DNA from: Thermoanaerobaculia bacterium
GTDB taxonomy: Bacteria; Acidobacteriota; Thermoanaerobaculia; Gp7-AA8
Assembly: GCA_036398925.1 (NCBI GenBank)
Contig: DASWOB010000095.1
Location: 22,616 to 86,615, forward strand
DNA length: 64,000 nt
Reading direction: 5' to 3'
The translations under genes were made by a program, and so were the position numbers. Below the pieces are notes generated by a model. It saw only the letters and a program-made list of their open reading frames with translations. It was not told the DNA's origin and did not search any database. The first letter of the stretch is position 1, and every line of letters starts with the position of its first letter. This document shows positions 31,755 to 40,655 of the stretch, piece after piece.

Positions 31755-33359
31755 GTGTCCGTCGACGACCTTCGTCAGCAACTGCGCGATCGCGGCTATC
31801 TGAGCCACGGGATCGAGCGGTGGTTCGCGCTCGATCCGTGGAGCTCGCGGGCGTTCTGGTGGGAGCTGGCCATCGTGGCGCTGAAGGCGGCCACGCTGAT
31901 CGCCGTCTTCGGGGCGTTGCCGTTCGCGGCGGTGATGGTGTTCCGCAATTACCCGCTGCATGCGCTGGAGACGCTCGGCCTGTTCGTGACCTACGGCGCG
32001 GCGTGGCTGGCGGCGTCGTTCGCGTTCGTGATGCTGGTGGCGCTGGTGCTGAAGGTGCGGCCGTCGCTGCCGATCGATACGCCGCGGGCGCTCCTGGCGA
32101 TCTCCCTCGGGGCCAGCGCGCTGTTCGTCGCGCCGCTGGCGCTCTGGTGGTCGCGCTTCGATGCCTCGCCGTCGACCGCGGAGCTGGTCACCGGGGCGGC
32201 CCTCGCGGCGGCGTTCTTTCTCGTGACCACGGTCGTCGTCTCGGCGGCGCTGCTGTCGTTCTCCATTTACGAGCTGCAGCGCATCCCCGCCATTCACCAG
32301 AAACCGCGCGGCGTGCCGATGGCGATCGCCGCGGCGGTGCTGATCGCGCTGCTCTTCGTGCCGGCGTATGCCCAGCGGGAGCGCCCTGTGGCCGAGCCGA
32401 TGATCGTCACGACACCGACCACCCGCAACGTCGCCCTGATCGCGGTGGACGGGCTGACGGTGGAGCTGCTCCGGTCGCGTCCCGACCTCGGCCGCGAGCT
32501 GCGCTACGTCACGCCGGCCACCGCCCTTCCCGGCGCGTCGACGACCGAGCGCTGGGCGTCGATCGGTACCGGCGTGCGCACCGATGCCCACGGGGTGCGG
32601 GCCATCGAGGGGGTCCGCTTTCGCGGCGGGCGGCACATCATCCAGCGCATCTCCCCCGGCGACTTTGTGCTGATGAACCTCGCCCCCGCGATCGGGATCG
32701 CCCGGCGCGAGCCGCTTCCGCCGACCGTGCGCCGGCGCGATTACGTCTGGGAGATCTTCGCCAAGCGCGGCCTGCCGGTGGTCTCGACCAACTGGTGGAC
32801 GACGGCCGAGTCGAAGGATGGCGCGCTGATCTCGATTTCGCCGGAGACGGTCTTCACCGCCGCGCAAGGGCAGCCGTTGCGCCTCGACCAGGAGGCCACC
32901 GCGCGGTTCCTGGCGGCGGTCGACGCCTCGAAGCCGCGCTTCGCCACGGTCTACCTGCCCGCCCTCGACGTGATCCTCAACCGCCTCGAGCGCGATCGCA
33001 ACACGCAGGTCGTGCAGTCGGTGCAGGCGCTCGACGGCGTGCAGCAGGCGCTCGTGCAGATGCGGACGCGCGGTTACGAGGTGGTGCTGATCGGCCTGCC
33101 GGGCGAGGAGCAGTCGGGCCAGGCCGTGATTGCCTCCAGCATCCCCATCAAGAACGTCGCCGCGGCGTGGGACGTGGCCCCCACCCTCCTCGCACTGATG
33201 GGCTTTCCGCTGTCGTCGGAGATGCCGGGCAACGACCTCGCATCGGCCTCCGCCGAGCCTCGCATCGCCACCTACGGCAGCCGCGTCAGCGCGACCGCCC
33301 CGGCAGCGGTGAACGAGGACTACTACGAGAACCTGAAATCGCTGGGGTACATCCAATGA
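31755..33359 (+). CDS. membrane-anchored alkaline-phosphatase-superfamily (type I phosphodiesterase/sulfatase-like) protein
   Basis: N-terminal multi-TM region, then ...VALIAVDGLT... and ...VVLIGLPGE..., typical of the AP-superfamily metal-binding core. This assignment is tentative. Confidence 0.45.
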   Translation: MSVDDLRQQLRDRGYLSHGIERWFALDPWSSRAFWWELAIVALKAATLIAVFGALPFAAVMVFRNYPLHALETLGLFVTYGAAWLAASFAFVMLVALVLKVRPSLPIDTPRALLAISLGASALFVAPLALWWSRFDASPSTAELVTGAALAAAFFLVTTVVVSAALLSFSIYELQRIPAIHQKPRGVPMAIAAAVLIALLFVPAYAQRERPVAEPMIVTTPTTRNVALIAVDGLTVELLRSRPDLGRELRYVTPATALPGASTTERWASIGTGVRTDAHGVRAIEGVRFRGGRHIIQRISPGDFVLMNLAPAIGIARREPLPPTVRRRDYVWEIFAKRGLPVVSTNWWTTAESKDGALISISPETVFTAAQGQPLRLDQEATARFLAAVDASKPRFATVYLPALDVILNRLERDRNTQVVQSVQALDGVQQALVQMRTRGYEVVLIGLPGEEQSGQAVIASSIPIKNVAAAWDVAPTLLALMGFPLSSEMPGNDLASASAEPRIATYGSRVSATAPAAVNEDYYENLKSLGYIQ

Positions 33360-35353
33360 AGAAACTGCTTCTGCTGATTTTTCTTGCTACGACGATCGAC
33401 GCCCAGCGCGTCATGACCTTCGAAGACCTGGCCGCGATGCGCCGCATCGGCTCGCCCAGGGTCTCGCCGGACGGCAAGTGGCTGGCCTACGACGCCTCGA
33501 CCGTCGACCTGGCCAAGAACGTCCGCCGCAGCGCGATCTACCTGCGGCCGGCCGGCGGCGGTGCGGCGAAGCAGCTCACCGATGGCGCGCGCCAGGACGA
33601 CAGTCCGGTCTGGTCGCCCGACGGGAAGACGATCGCCTACCTCTCGAACCGGGACGGCAATCCGAAGCAGGTCTACCTCTATGACGTCGCCACCGCGAAA
33701 TCGACGAAGCTGACCAACCTCTCGGGCGGCGCCGGCTCACTGAAGTGGCTGCCGGACGGCTCCGGCCTGATCCTCGTCTCGCAGGTCTACGCCGACTGCG
33801 GCGTCGAGCCGCAGTGCACCGAGAAGAAGGCCGCCGCCGGGGAGAACGCTCCGACGCAAGCCCGCATCATCGACAACCTCCTCTATCGCCACTGGAACGA
33901 GTGGCAGGCGCCGACCCGCGCGCACATCATCCACGTCCCGCTCCGCGGCAACCCGCGCGACCTGACCCCGGGCGCCTTCGACGCGCCCCCCTTCTCCGTC
34001 GGCGGCGGCGACGAGTTCGACGTCTCCCCCGACAGCAGGGAGCTGGTCTACGCCCGCAACGTCGAGGAGCGTCCGGAGCGCTCGACGAACGCCGATCTCT
34101 ACCTCGTGCCGCTGACCGGCGGCGAGGCGAAGCGGATCACCTCCCGCACCGGCGCCGATACCTCCCCCAGCTACTCCCCCGACGGCAAGTGGATCGCCTA
34201 TCGCTCGCAGGCACGCAACACCTTCGAGTCCGATCTCTGGGAGCTGTGGCTCCTCGACCGCGCCACCGGGCAGTCGCGCCGCGTGGCCAGCGACTTCGCC
34301 AACTGGGTGCAGTCGATCACCTGGGCCCGCGACAGCAGGTCGCTCTACGTGACGGCGCCGCTGGCCGGCAAGGTGCCGATCTACGAGATCGCCCTCGACG
34401 GCAAGACCACCGTCATCCACAACGCCGGCGCCGCCCACAACATCGACGCGGGCCGGAACGCGATCTACTTTGCGATGTCCACCCTCCGCCGGCCCGACGA
34501 CATTTACTCGCTCGACACGAGCGGCAAGGTGGTGAAGCTGACCACCGAGAATGACGCGCTCCTCGCCCAGCTCTCCCTCGGCGAAACGTCCGACCTCTGG
34601 TGGACCGGCGCCGACGGCGCACGCGTGCAGGGGCACCTCATCAAGCCGCCCAACTTCGACCCGTCCAAAAAGTACCCGGCCCTCGTGCTGATCCACGGCG
34701 GCCCGCAGGGGGCATGGAGCGAGTCGTGGTCGTACCGCTGGAACCCGCAGCCGTTCGCGGCGCGCGGCTACGTGATCCTCATGCCGAACCCGCGCGGCTC
34801 CACCGGCTTCGGCCAGCAGTTCGTCGAGCAGATCTCGCAGGACTGGGGCGGCCGCGTTTACACCGACATCATGAACGGCGTCGACACCCTCGCCGCAATG
34901 CCGTTCGTCGACGGCAACCGTCTCGGCGCCGCCGGCGGCTCCTACGGCGGCTACATGGTCAACTGGATCCTCGGCCACTCCACCCGCTTCAAAGCGCTGG
35001 TCTCGCACGCCGGCGTGTACAACCTCGAATCGATGTACGGCGTGACCGAGGAGCTCTGGTTCCCGGAATGGGAGTTCGGCGGCACGCCGTGGGACAACCC
35101 GGAGCAGTACGAAAAGTGGTCGCCGCACCGTTTCGCGAAAAACTTCGCCACCCCCACCCTGGTCACGCACGGTGAGCTCGATTTCCGGGTGCCGATCGGC
35201 GAGGGGCTGCAGCTCTTCACCGCCCTGCAGCGCCGCGGCGTCCCCTCACGGCTGCTCTACTTTCCGGACGAGGGGCACTGGGTGCTCAAGCCGCAGAACT
35301 CGAAGCTCTGGTACCAGACCGTCGGGGAGTGGTTCGACCGGTACCTGAAGTAG
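33356..35353 (+). CDS. S9-family serine peptidase (prolyl oligopeptidase / dipeptidyl aminopeptidase type) with N-terminal beta-propeller
   Basis: Signal peptide MKKLLLLIFLATTIDAQ. Propeller repeats (SPDGKWLAY, SPDGKTIAY). Catalytic Ser in GGSYGGYM, then Asp and His downstream (THGELDFRVP, DEGHWV). Confidence 0.88.
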   Translation: MKKLLLLIFLATTIDAQRVMTFEDLAAMRRIGSPRVSPDGKWLAYDASTVDLAKNVRRSAIYLRPAGGGAAKQLTDGARQDDSPVWSPDGKTIAYLSNRDGNPKQVYLYDVATAKSTKLTNLSGGAGSLKWLPDGSGLILVSQVYADCGVEPQCTEKKAAAGENAPTQARIIDNLLYRHWNEWQAPTRAHIIHVPLRGNPRDLTPGAFDAPPFSVGGGDEFDVSPDSRELVYARNVEERPERSTNADLYLVPLTGGEAKRITSRTGADTSPSYSPDGKWIAYRSQARNTFESDLWELWLLDRATGQSRRVASDFANWVQSITWARDSRSLYVTAPLAGKVPIYEIALDGKTTVIHNAGAAHNIDAGRNAIYFAMSTLRRPDDIYSLDTSGKVVKLTTENDALLAQLSLGETSDLWWTGADGARVQGHLIKPPNFDPSKKYPALVLIHGGPQGAWSESWSYRWNPQPFAARGYVILMPNPRGSTGFGQQFVEQISQDWGGRVYTDIMNGVDTLAAMPFVDGNRLGAAGGSYGGYMVNWILGHSTRFKALVSHAGVYNLESMYGVTEELWFPEWEFGGTPWDNPEQYEKWSPHRFAKNFATPTLVTHGELDFRVPIGEGLQLFTALQRRGVPSRLLYFPDEGHWVLKPQNSKLWYQTVGEWFDRYLK

Positions 35354-35386
35354 GGCTGAGGGCCAGGGGAGAGACGGGCCCGGCGG

Positions 35387-35722
35387 GGCGGGAACCGGGC
35401 GTGTCACGGCGAGAACCAAGCGTGTCCTGGCGAGAATCAGGTGTGTCTCGCCGAGAATCAGGTGTGTCGTGGCGAGAATCAGGCGTGTCTCGCCGAGAAT
35501 CAGGTGTGTCGTGGCGAGAATCAGGCGTGTCTCGCCGAGAATCAGGTGTGTCGTGGCGAGAATCAAGTGTGTCTCGCCGAGAATCAACTGTGTCTCGCCG
35601 AGAATCAACTGTGTCCCGGCGAGAATCAGGTGTGTCCCGGCGAGAATCGAGTGTGTCTCGCCGAGAATCAACTGTGTCCCGGCGAGAATCACCCGTGTCG
35701 CGCCGGGAATCGACCGCGTCCT
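35387..35722. repeat. tandem direct repeat array, 21-bp period x ~16 copies (GGCGAGAATCAGGYGTGTCTC / GCCGAGAATCAGGTGTGTCGT alternating)
   Basis: Directly visible periodicity. Copies degrade toward both edges. Each unit junction forms the quasi-palindrome TCTCGCCGAGA. It lies in the convergent gap between the S9 peptidase and gvpA. Confidence 0.85.
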
Positions 35723-35742
35723 GACCGAACCAGGGCGAAGAA

Positions 35743-36033
35743 CTACGGGCGGGTGGTGCCGGTCGGCGTAGCCACGCCGGTGCCGGTGCCGATGCCGCCG
35801 CCACCTTCGCCGGGTCCGAGGGAGGGACGGGCGACGGTCGAGGTGATACCGACCGCTTCGGCGTACTTCAGGTATGTATCGATCGAGGCGATGACGACGC
35901 GGGCTTCGACCGTGATCAGGTCGATGCCGACGAGCGAGATGCGGACCCAGGCGTCGACGACGATGCCTTTGTCGAGAATTCGATCGAGGACATCGATGAG
36001 ACTCGTACCGCCCGGTGCGCGTTCGACAGCCAT
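35743..36033 (-). CDS. gvpA: gas vesicle structural protein GvpA (with Gly/Thr-rich C-terminal tail)
   Basis: [52 protein letters not shown] is near-identical to the canonical GvpA core. Confidence 0.9.
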   Translation of the reverse strand: MAVERAPGGTSLIDVLDRILDKGIVVDAWVRISLVGIDLITVEARVVIASIDTYLKYAEAVGITSTVARPSLGPGEGGGGIGTGTGVATPTGTTRP

Positions 36034-36040
36034 GAATTAC

Positions 36041-36379
36041 CTACCTTTCCTCTCTCTCAGGGAGGGTCTTGCCTGCGTTGAGTTGCCGCTCGAGCTCGGC
36101 CACGCGATCGCGGAGGGCGTCCACGTCGTCGGCGCCGCCGCGGAGGGCGCGCGGATCGCTCGAATAGAAGCGGTCCGAGCGCCACCAGTTGATGCCGATC
36201 GCCTCTGCTTTGTCGATCGAGCAGATGACCAGGCGCAGCTGGATGGTCAGCAGCTCGACGTTGGCCAGCGACACCTTCACGTCGCCGGCAACGACGAGCC
36301 CCTTGTCGAGAATCTTGTCGAGGATGTCCACCAGACCCTGCGGCTGGCGCTGGAGCGCTCCCCGATCGTCAATTGCCAT
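36041..36379 (-). CDS. gvpJ: gas vesicle protein GvpJ (GvpA/J family)
   Basis: LVDILDKILDKGLVVAGDVKVSLANVELLTIQLRLVICSIDKAEAIG. 112 aa with a C-terminal extension. Confidence 0.85.
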   Translation of the reverse strand: MAIDDRGALQRQPQGLVDILDKILDKGLVVAGDVKVSLANVELLTIQLRLVICSIDKAEAIGINWWRSDRFYSSDPRALRGGADDVDALRDRVAELERQLNAGKTLPEREER

Positions 36380-36420
36380 GGTCAGACGTGTACCGGATGT
36401 GCGGCGTGCGAGTCAATGGT

Positions 36421-36753
36421 TTACTCCCACATCTTTACCGGCCCCAGCTTCAGGTTGAGGTCCTCGTCGGAGAGGCCGAAGGTCCGTTTCAGCTCCGCCA
36501 TCTTCTCCTCGAGCTTCATCAGGGCGTTGCCCAGCCTCTCGATCTCCTCGTCCGTCAGGTTGCCGGCGTCCATGCGCCGCAGGGCCTGTTTCTCGAGGAG
36601 ACGGCGCACCAGCTCGATGATGGAAAGCACCAGTTTCGCGAGCCCGTTCTCGACGATCTCCGAATCTGCGGAGATGCGCTCCGGCACCACCGACTCGGTG
36701 AAGGTCAGCGCCTCGCGCAGCTCTTTTTCTTCATTCGCGATCAGCATCGGCAA
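36421..36753 (-). CDS. gvpK: gas vesicle protein GvpK
   Basis: LAKLVLSIIELVRRLLEKQALRR is the GvpK signature helix. 110 aa. Confidence 0.75.
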   Translation of the reverse strand: MPMLIANEEKELREALTFTESVVPERISADSEIVENGLAKLVLSIIELVRRLLEKQALRRMDAGNLTDEEIERLGNALMKLEEKMAELKRTFGLSDEDLNLKLGPVKMWE

Positions 36754-37369
36754 AGACCTCCAGCGGCCACGGTCCGGAGAGGAGAAAGGCGACGCCGGTG
36801 GCCTTGAGCGCCTCCCCCGCTTCGCGGACCTGATCGATCGACGCGCGGTCGACCAGCATCGCCAGCTCGATCGACTTTTCGTCGCGATGGCTCCAGCGAT
36901 GCTGCACGGCCAGCGGCACCATCCGCTGCTCGACCTGCTCCCCGAACTGCGGATCGACGCTCGCCCCGTGCGTCGCCGCGTGCAGCGCTTTCAGGTACTC
37001 CGCGCCGCTGGTGAACTCGCGGCGATCCGGCCGCGCACGCGGTGACGCCGCCGCGACCTTGAGCGTCATCTCCACGCGGTCGCCATGCGCCTCCAGCGTC
37101 GCCTTCCACTGCGCCACATGCGCGGCGGTCCTGGCCCGCGCGTCGTCGTCGCTGGAGATGGTGAAGCCGTAGCGGATGGCCAGGAACGTCGCTTTCTCGA
37201 GCAGCCGCGCGCGCGTCTGCGCCACGTGCAGGAGCAGCTCGCGATCGCCGAGCGCCTGCTGCTCCGCGACCGGGACCGCGCTGAGAAAGAGATCGGCGGA
37301 GGGGATGGCCCGCGCCAGCGGCTCGACGTCCTCGCGGCGCAGGTGCGCGCCGATGACGATCGACTTCAT
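36731..37369 (-). CDS. gvpL: gas vesicle protein GvpL/GvpF family
   Basis: 212 aa with a GvpL_GvpF-like profile (...LLHVAQTRARLLE..., FLLSGPWPL near the C-terminus). It overlaps the gvpK start. Confidence 0.65.
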   Translation of the reverse strand: MKSIVIGAHLRREDVEPLARAIPSADLFLSAVPVAEQQALGDRELLLHVAQTRARLLEKATFLAIRYGFTISSDDDARARTAAHVAQWKATLEAHGDRVEMTLKVAAASPRARPDRREFTSGAEYLKALHAATHGASVDPQFGEQVEQRMVPLAVQHRWSHRDEKSIELAMLVDRASIDQVREAGEALKATGVAFLLSGPWPLEVFADADRE

Positions 37370-37548
37370 TTCGGCCGGCTCGTGCGGATCACCGCATCGA
37401 CGTTGGCCAGAATGACGTTGAGGCCGAGGTAGAGCAGATCGACGTCGCCGATGGAGATCACGGCTTCGCCGGCAATCACCACCCCGCGGTCGAGCAGGTG
37501 GTCGAGCGTCTCGAGCAGGGCGAGTTCTTCGATCTGGTCGTCAGGCAT
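37366..37548 (-). CDS. gvpS: small GvpA/J/S-family gas vesicle protein (GvpS-like)
   Basis: Start at MPDDQIEELALLETLDHLLDRGVVIAGEAVISIGDVDLLYL (ATG 37548). The upstream part of the track ORF ([15 protein letters not shown]) is translation of the family-A repeat. Confidence 0.7.
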   Translation of the reverse strand: MPDDQIEELALLETLDHLLDRGVVIAGEAVISIGDVDLLYLGLNVILANVDAVIRTSRPK

Positions 37549-37552
37549 AGTG

Positions 37553-37640
37553 GATTCGGAAGCGATGAGTGATGAGAGATGAGCGATGAACACGCTCCGC
37601 GTCAGTCCCGTTCATCGTTCATCTCTCATCGTTCATCGCT
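37553..37640. repeat. family-A heptamer hairpin repeat inside the gvp operon (between gvpF and gvpS)
   Basis: gcgatgagtgatgagagatgagcgatgaac-acgctccgcgtcagtcccg-ttcatcgttcatctctcatcgttcatcgctcg. Confidence 0.7.
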
Positions 37641-38405
37641 CGTTCCTGCAAAGCTGTACGGCGGCCACGGCCCCGTCACCCCCACCACCACCCCCTCCGG
37701 CTCGTAGCGGGCCAGCAGTTCATCCTGCAATGCCTGCAACGCCGGTTCCTCGTCGCGGTTGATGAGGACGTTGATCTGCGGGAAGGCGCCGCCGCGGCGT
37801 TCGCGGGTCTCGGCGATCGACTCGCACTTCAGGCGGCCGAGGAGCTCGCGTTCGACTTCGGCCAGCAGGTCGTGCTCGGCCTGGCGCGCGGCGCTTTTCT
37901 TCTGCTCTTCGAGTTTCTTGCGCAGCAGGAACGCTTTGCCGGCGGCAGCCGATTCGATCTCCGTTTGCAATGCACGCAGCGAGGCCACGCGGGTGACGAT
38001 CGAGGCGTTGAAGCGCTCCGGGTCGATCTCCAGGCGCAGCGTCCACTCCTGCTTACCGTCCAAACGGTCGAGCGTCTTCGCCAGCAGCTCGCGGTTCTCG
38101 TGCAGGTAGGCGCGCAGCGCTTCGGCGCTGCTGAAGAGGGTGAAGGCGCGCAGCGGGACGATGGCGGTCTGCTTCATCAGCTCCGCAACGACGGCCTGGT
38201 GGCGGTAGCCGATCGCGCCGAGCCATTCCAGGTCGTTGGCGCGCTGGTCGATGACCGCCTGCGAGAACGCCTCTTCGGCGACGGGAGTGAACACGGCGGC
38301 GATGTCGTCGATCGAGACACTATCGAAGCGCCGCGAGCCATCGACCGCCTCGACGTCGGCTGTCGCGGGCTGGCGCGTCACGGCGTAGACGTAAAGCACG
38401 CTCAC
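37626..38405 (-). CDS. gvpF: gas vesicle protein GvpF/GvpL family
   Basis: MSVLYVYAVTR... N-terminus and VTGPWPPYSFAG C-terminal motif typical of GvpF. 259 aa. Confidence 0.75.
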   Translation of the reverse strand: MSVLYVYAVTRQPATADVEAVDGSRRFDSVSIDDIAAVFTPVAEEAFSQAVIDQRANDLEWLGAIGYRHQAVVAELMKQTAIVPLRAFTLFSSAEALRAYLHENRELLAKTLDRLDGKQEWTLRLEIDPERFNASIVTRVASLRALQTEIESAAAGKAFLLRKKLEEQKKSAARQAEHDLLAEVERELLGRLKCESIAETRERRGGAFPQINVLINRDEEPALQALQDELLARYEPEGVVVGVTGPWPPYSFAGTSDER

Positions 38406-38411
38406 GTTGCG

Positions 38412-40196
38412 TCAGTGTATCGGAACGAGCGTCGCCAGTTCGGCGAGCCTGGTGACCGGCTCGTCGCGGCGCTCGATCAGCATCAGGTTCTCGCCGAGTG
38501 GTGCGAGCGCCGCGAGCTCACCGGCGCGCGTCCCACGATCGCAGGCGCATTCGTTTTCGGGAGTGACGTAGTTGGCCACGATGCCCCCCACCCGCAGGCC
38601 GCGCTCTTCGATGGCGGCGATGAGTCGTCGCGTTTCGGCGACGACGATCGGCTCCGGGCGGGTGACCACGATGACGGTGGTGCGCTCCGACTTCATCGTG
38701 GCGTCGAGCTCCTTGAAGGCGCGCGAGGCGTTGACCAGCTCCTCGCCGAGCGAGCCGGGGGCGACGAGATCGCGATAGTTGAGGAGGATGCGCATCAGCT
38801 CGCGCACCCACTCGCCGGCGCTCTTCGGGAGGTCGAGCAGGCGGAGGAAATGACCGGTTGGCGCGGTGTCGACGAGCACCTGCGTCTCTTCGCCGATCAG
38901 GTCTGCGAGGCGGGTGATGGCGAAGATCTCGTCCGCACCCGGCGGGGCGACGTCGAGCAAGCGCCGCATGGCCTCTGTGTCGTGGCTCAGCGAGAAACCG
39001 CCCGGGGCGAGCCCTTCCACGGCCCGCTCGATCTCGCCGCCGAGGGACTGGCGGAAACGGCGCCACTTCGCGCGGGTGTCGATGGTCTCTACGGTGAGGT
39101 TGGGGGGCGGCGATTCGTGGGCGAAGACGTCGCGGAGGGAGTGGGCGGGGTCGACGGAAATGAGGGTGTATTTCTGCCGCGGGTTTGCTTGCGCGAGCTG
39201 CAGGGCGATGGAGGACGAGGTGGTGGTCTTGCCGACGCCGCCTTTGCCGGCGAAGAAGGTGAGCTTCGTGTGGTGTGGGATCCCAGCCCACCCCTGGGGG
39301 ACGGATACGGTGGAAGCCGACACCACACCAGCTTCTTCGCAGAACCTTGCGAGGTCCGCGACCGGCACGCCCACCTTCTCCCGCGCCTCCGCGTCTCGCT
39401 GCGCACGACGCTCGTCCAGCGGGCAATCCACCTTCAGCACCGCGCGATTCAGCACCGCGAACGGGACGTCGATCCCCTCCTCCCGCACCTCCGCGATCAG
39501 GCGGACGGTCTGCTCGACCACCCATGGCTCGCTGAGGAGCACCGGGATGAAGGCCGCCCGGGCCGGGTCGTTGAGCAGTTCCCGGCGCGCCTTCGCCTGG
39601 TCCGCAAAGTCGTAGATGTAGGTGTCGAGCGCATCGCGCACGTCGCGGCGGGTGAACTGCCGGACCATGGCCCGATGCTTCTCCTGCATGGCGTCGAGCG
39701 CCTCCGCGAACTGCGCGAAGTGCTCGGCGGAGGAGAGCATCCGCAGCGTGTGACCGGTCGGCGCGGTATCGACGACGATCAGCGCATCGGGATTGGCCTC
39801 GGCCAGCTCGCCGATGCGCATCCACGACATCAGCTCGTCGATCCCCGGCAGCGAGAGCTCGAAGAAGCGGCGCAGCTCCTCGCGATCGAGGTACGTCCCG
39901 CGATCGCCGATCTCCAGCAGGTTCGCCAGGTTCTCCGAGAGAAAGCGCGAGTAGAGCGTCTCCGCGTCGACCGATTCGACCGTCAGGGATGCCGGCAGAG
40001 CCAGGTCGCCGAGGTTCGAAGCGGGGTCGGTGGTGAAGAGGATGACCCGGCGCGTCTCGGCAAAATGCAGCGCCGCACGCGAAGAGAGGGTGGTTTTGCC
40101 GACGCCGCCTTTGCCGCCGAAAAGAACAACTCTTCGGGTGGACAGCGATGAGAGATGAGAGATGAGCGATGAGCGTCCGCCCGGTTCATCGCTCAT
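38412..40196 (-). CDS. ArsA/GET3-family anion-transporting ATPase, tandem two-domain (two deviant Walker A + two DTAPTGH motifs), embedded in gvp operon
   Basis: VLFGGKGGVGKTT...DTAPTGHTLRML (half 1) and TFFAGKGGVGKTT...DTAPTGHFLRLL (half 2). C-terminal CxC (ENECACD). The only in-frame ATG lies within the family-A repeat at 40196, so the start is uncertain. Confidence 0.8.
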   Translation of the reverse strand: MSDEPGGRSSLISHLSSLSTRRVVLFGGKGGVGKTTLSSRAALHFAETRRVILFTTDPASNLGDLALPASLTVESVDAETLYSRFLSENLANLLEIGDRGTYLDREELRRFFELSLPGIDELMSWMRIGELAEANPDALIVVDTAPTGHTLRMLSSAEHFAQFAEALDAMQEKHRAMVRQFTRRDVRDALDTYIYDFADQAKARRELLNDPARAAFIPVLLSEPWVVEQTVRLIAEVREEGIDVPFAVLNRAVLKVDCPLDERRAQRDAEAREKVGVPVADLARFCEEAGVVSASTVSVPQGWAGIPHHTKLTFFAGKGGVGKTTTSSSIALQLAQANPRQKYTLISVDPAHSLRDVFAHESPPPNLTVETIDTRAKWRRFRQSLGGEIERAVEGLAPGGFSLSHDTEAMRRLLDVAPPGADEIFAITRLADLIGEETQVLVDTAPTGHFLRLLDLPKSAGEWVRELMRILLNYRDLVAPGSLGEELVNASRAFKELDATMKSERTTVIVVTRPEPIVVAETRRLIAAIEERGLRVGGIVANYVTPENECACDRGTRAGELAALAPLGENLMLIERRDEPVTRLAELATLVPIH

Positions 40197-40232
40197 CTCT
40201 CATCTCTCATCTCTCATCTCTCGACGATCATC
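40141..40232. repeat. family-A heptamer hairpin repeat between gvpG and the ArsA-like gene
   Basis: cgatgagagatgagagatgagcgatgagcg-tccgcccgg-ttcatcgctcatctctcatctctcatctctcatctctcg. Confidence 0.7.
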
Positions 40233-40551
40233 GCTCGCCGTAGCCGGTATAAATGCCGATGCCACCTTCGTCTTCGCCACGCTCGGCGGCCATCTGCCGG
40301 GCGATCGCCTCGCGCCGCGCGCGGATGTCGCGCAGCGCCTGAAAGATGACCTGCTCCTCGGCCACGTAATCTTCCTCGCTGATGTCGCCCACCTCGAGCC
40401 GCATCTGCAGCTCGATCAGCCGCTCTTTCCACGGCTGGTCGTTCATCAACTCCTCGTCCGCCAGCTTCTGGATCGTGTGCATGACCCAGCGGAAGCCGGC
40501 GATCGGCCCGGTGATCGGGAGGAGGAGGATGTCGTCGAGGAGAAAGGCCAT
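40228..40551 (-). CDS. gvpG: gas vesicle protein GvpG
   Basis: MAFLLDDILLLPITGPIAGFRWVMHTI... followed by an acidic coiled region, a GvpG-like profile. 107 aa. Confidence 0.7.
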   Translation of the reverse strand: MAFLLDDILLLPITGPIAGFRWVMHTIQKLADEELMNDQPWKERLIELQMRLEVGDISEEDYVAEEQVIFQALRDIRARREAIARQMAAERGEDEGGIGIYTGYGER

Positions 40552-40555
40552 GTTT

Positions 40556-40652
40556 TTGAGCGATTCAGCCGTTCAGCTACTCAGCTACTCAGCTACTCAG
40601 GCAGTGTACGCCGCGCTCGCGGCCTGAACAGCTGAACGGCTGAGTAGCTGTG
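40556..40652. repeat. family-B heptamer hairpin repeat inside gvp operon (between gvpF/L and gvpG)
   Basis: gagcgattcagccgttcagctactcagctactcagctactcagg-cagtgtacgccgcgctcgcgg-cctgaacagctgaacggctgagtagctgtgcagc. Confidence 0.7.
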
Positions 40653-40655
40653 CAG

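Noticed and set aside
31820-35353. 1177-aa single ORF in track
   Set aside because: It is an artefactual fusion of an out-of-frame read-through with the genuine S9 peptidase. It is better explained as two genes (31755-33359 and 33356-35353).
35387-35722. Possible CRISPR array
   Set aside because: The repeats are contiguous 21-mers with no interspersed unique spacers, and no cas genes are nearby. It is a simple tandem repeat.
35246-35804. ORFs 35246-35692(-), 35286-35804(-), 35329-35724(+) and 35469-35771(+) with heptad-periodic peptides (LILGETHLILA..., SRRDTVDSRRDT...)
   Set aside because: They are direct translations of the 21-bp tandem repeat in all frames. They overlap the strongly coding 3' end of the S9 peptidase, and no start or RBS context is present.
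40162-40635. Short ORFs beginning MSDERPP..., MNDER... and [11 protein letters not shown] (for example 40162-40635, 45289-45501, 56711-56902, 58145-58693)
   Set aside because: These are translations of the Family-A heptamer repeats (GATGAGCGATGAA...). The same peptide strings recur at every repeat copy.
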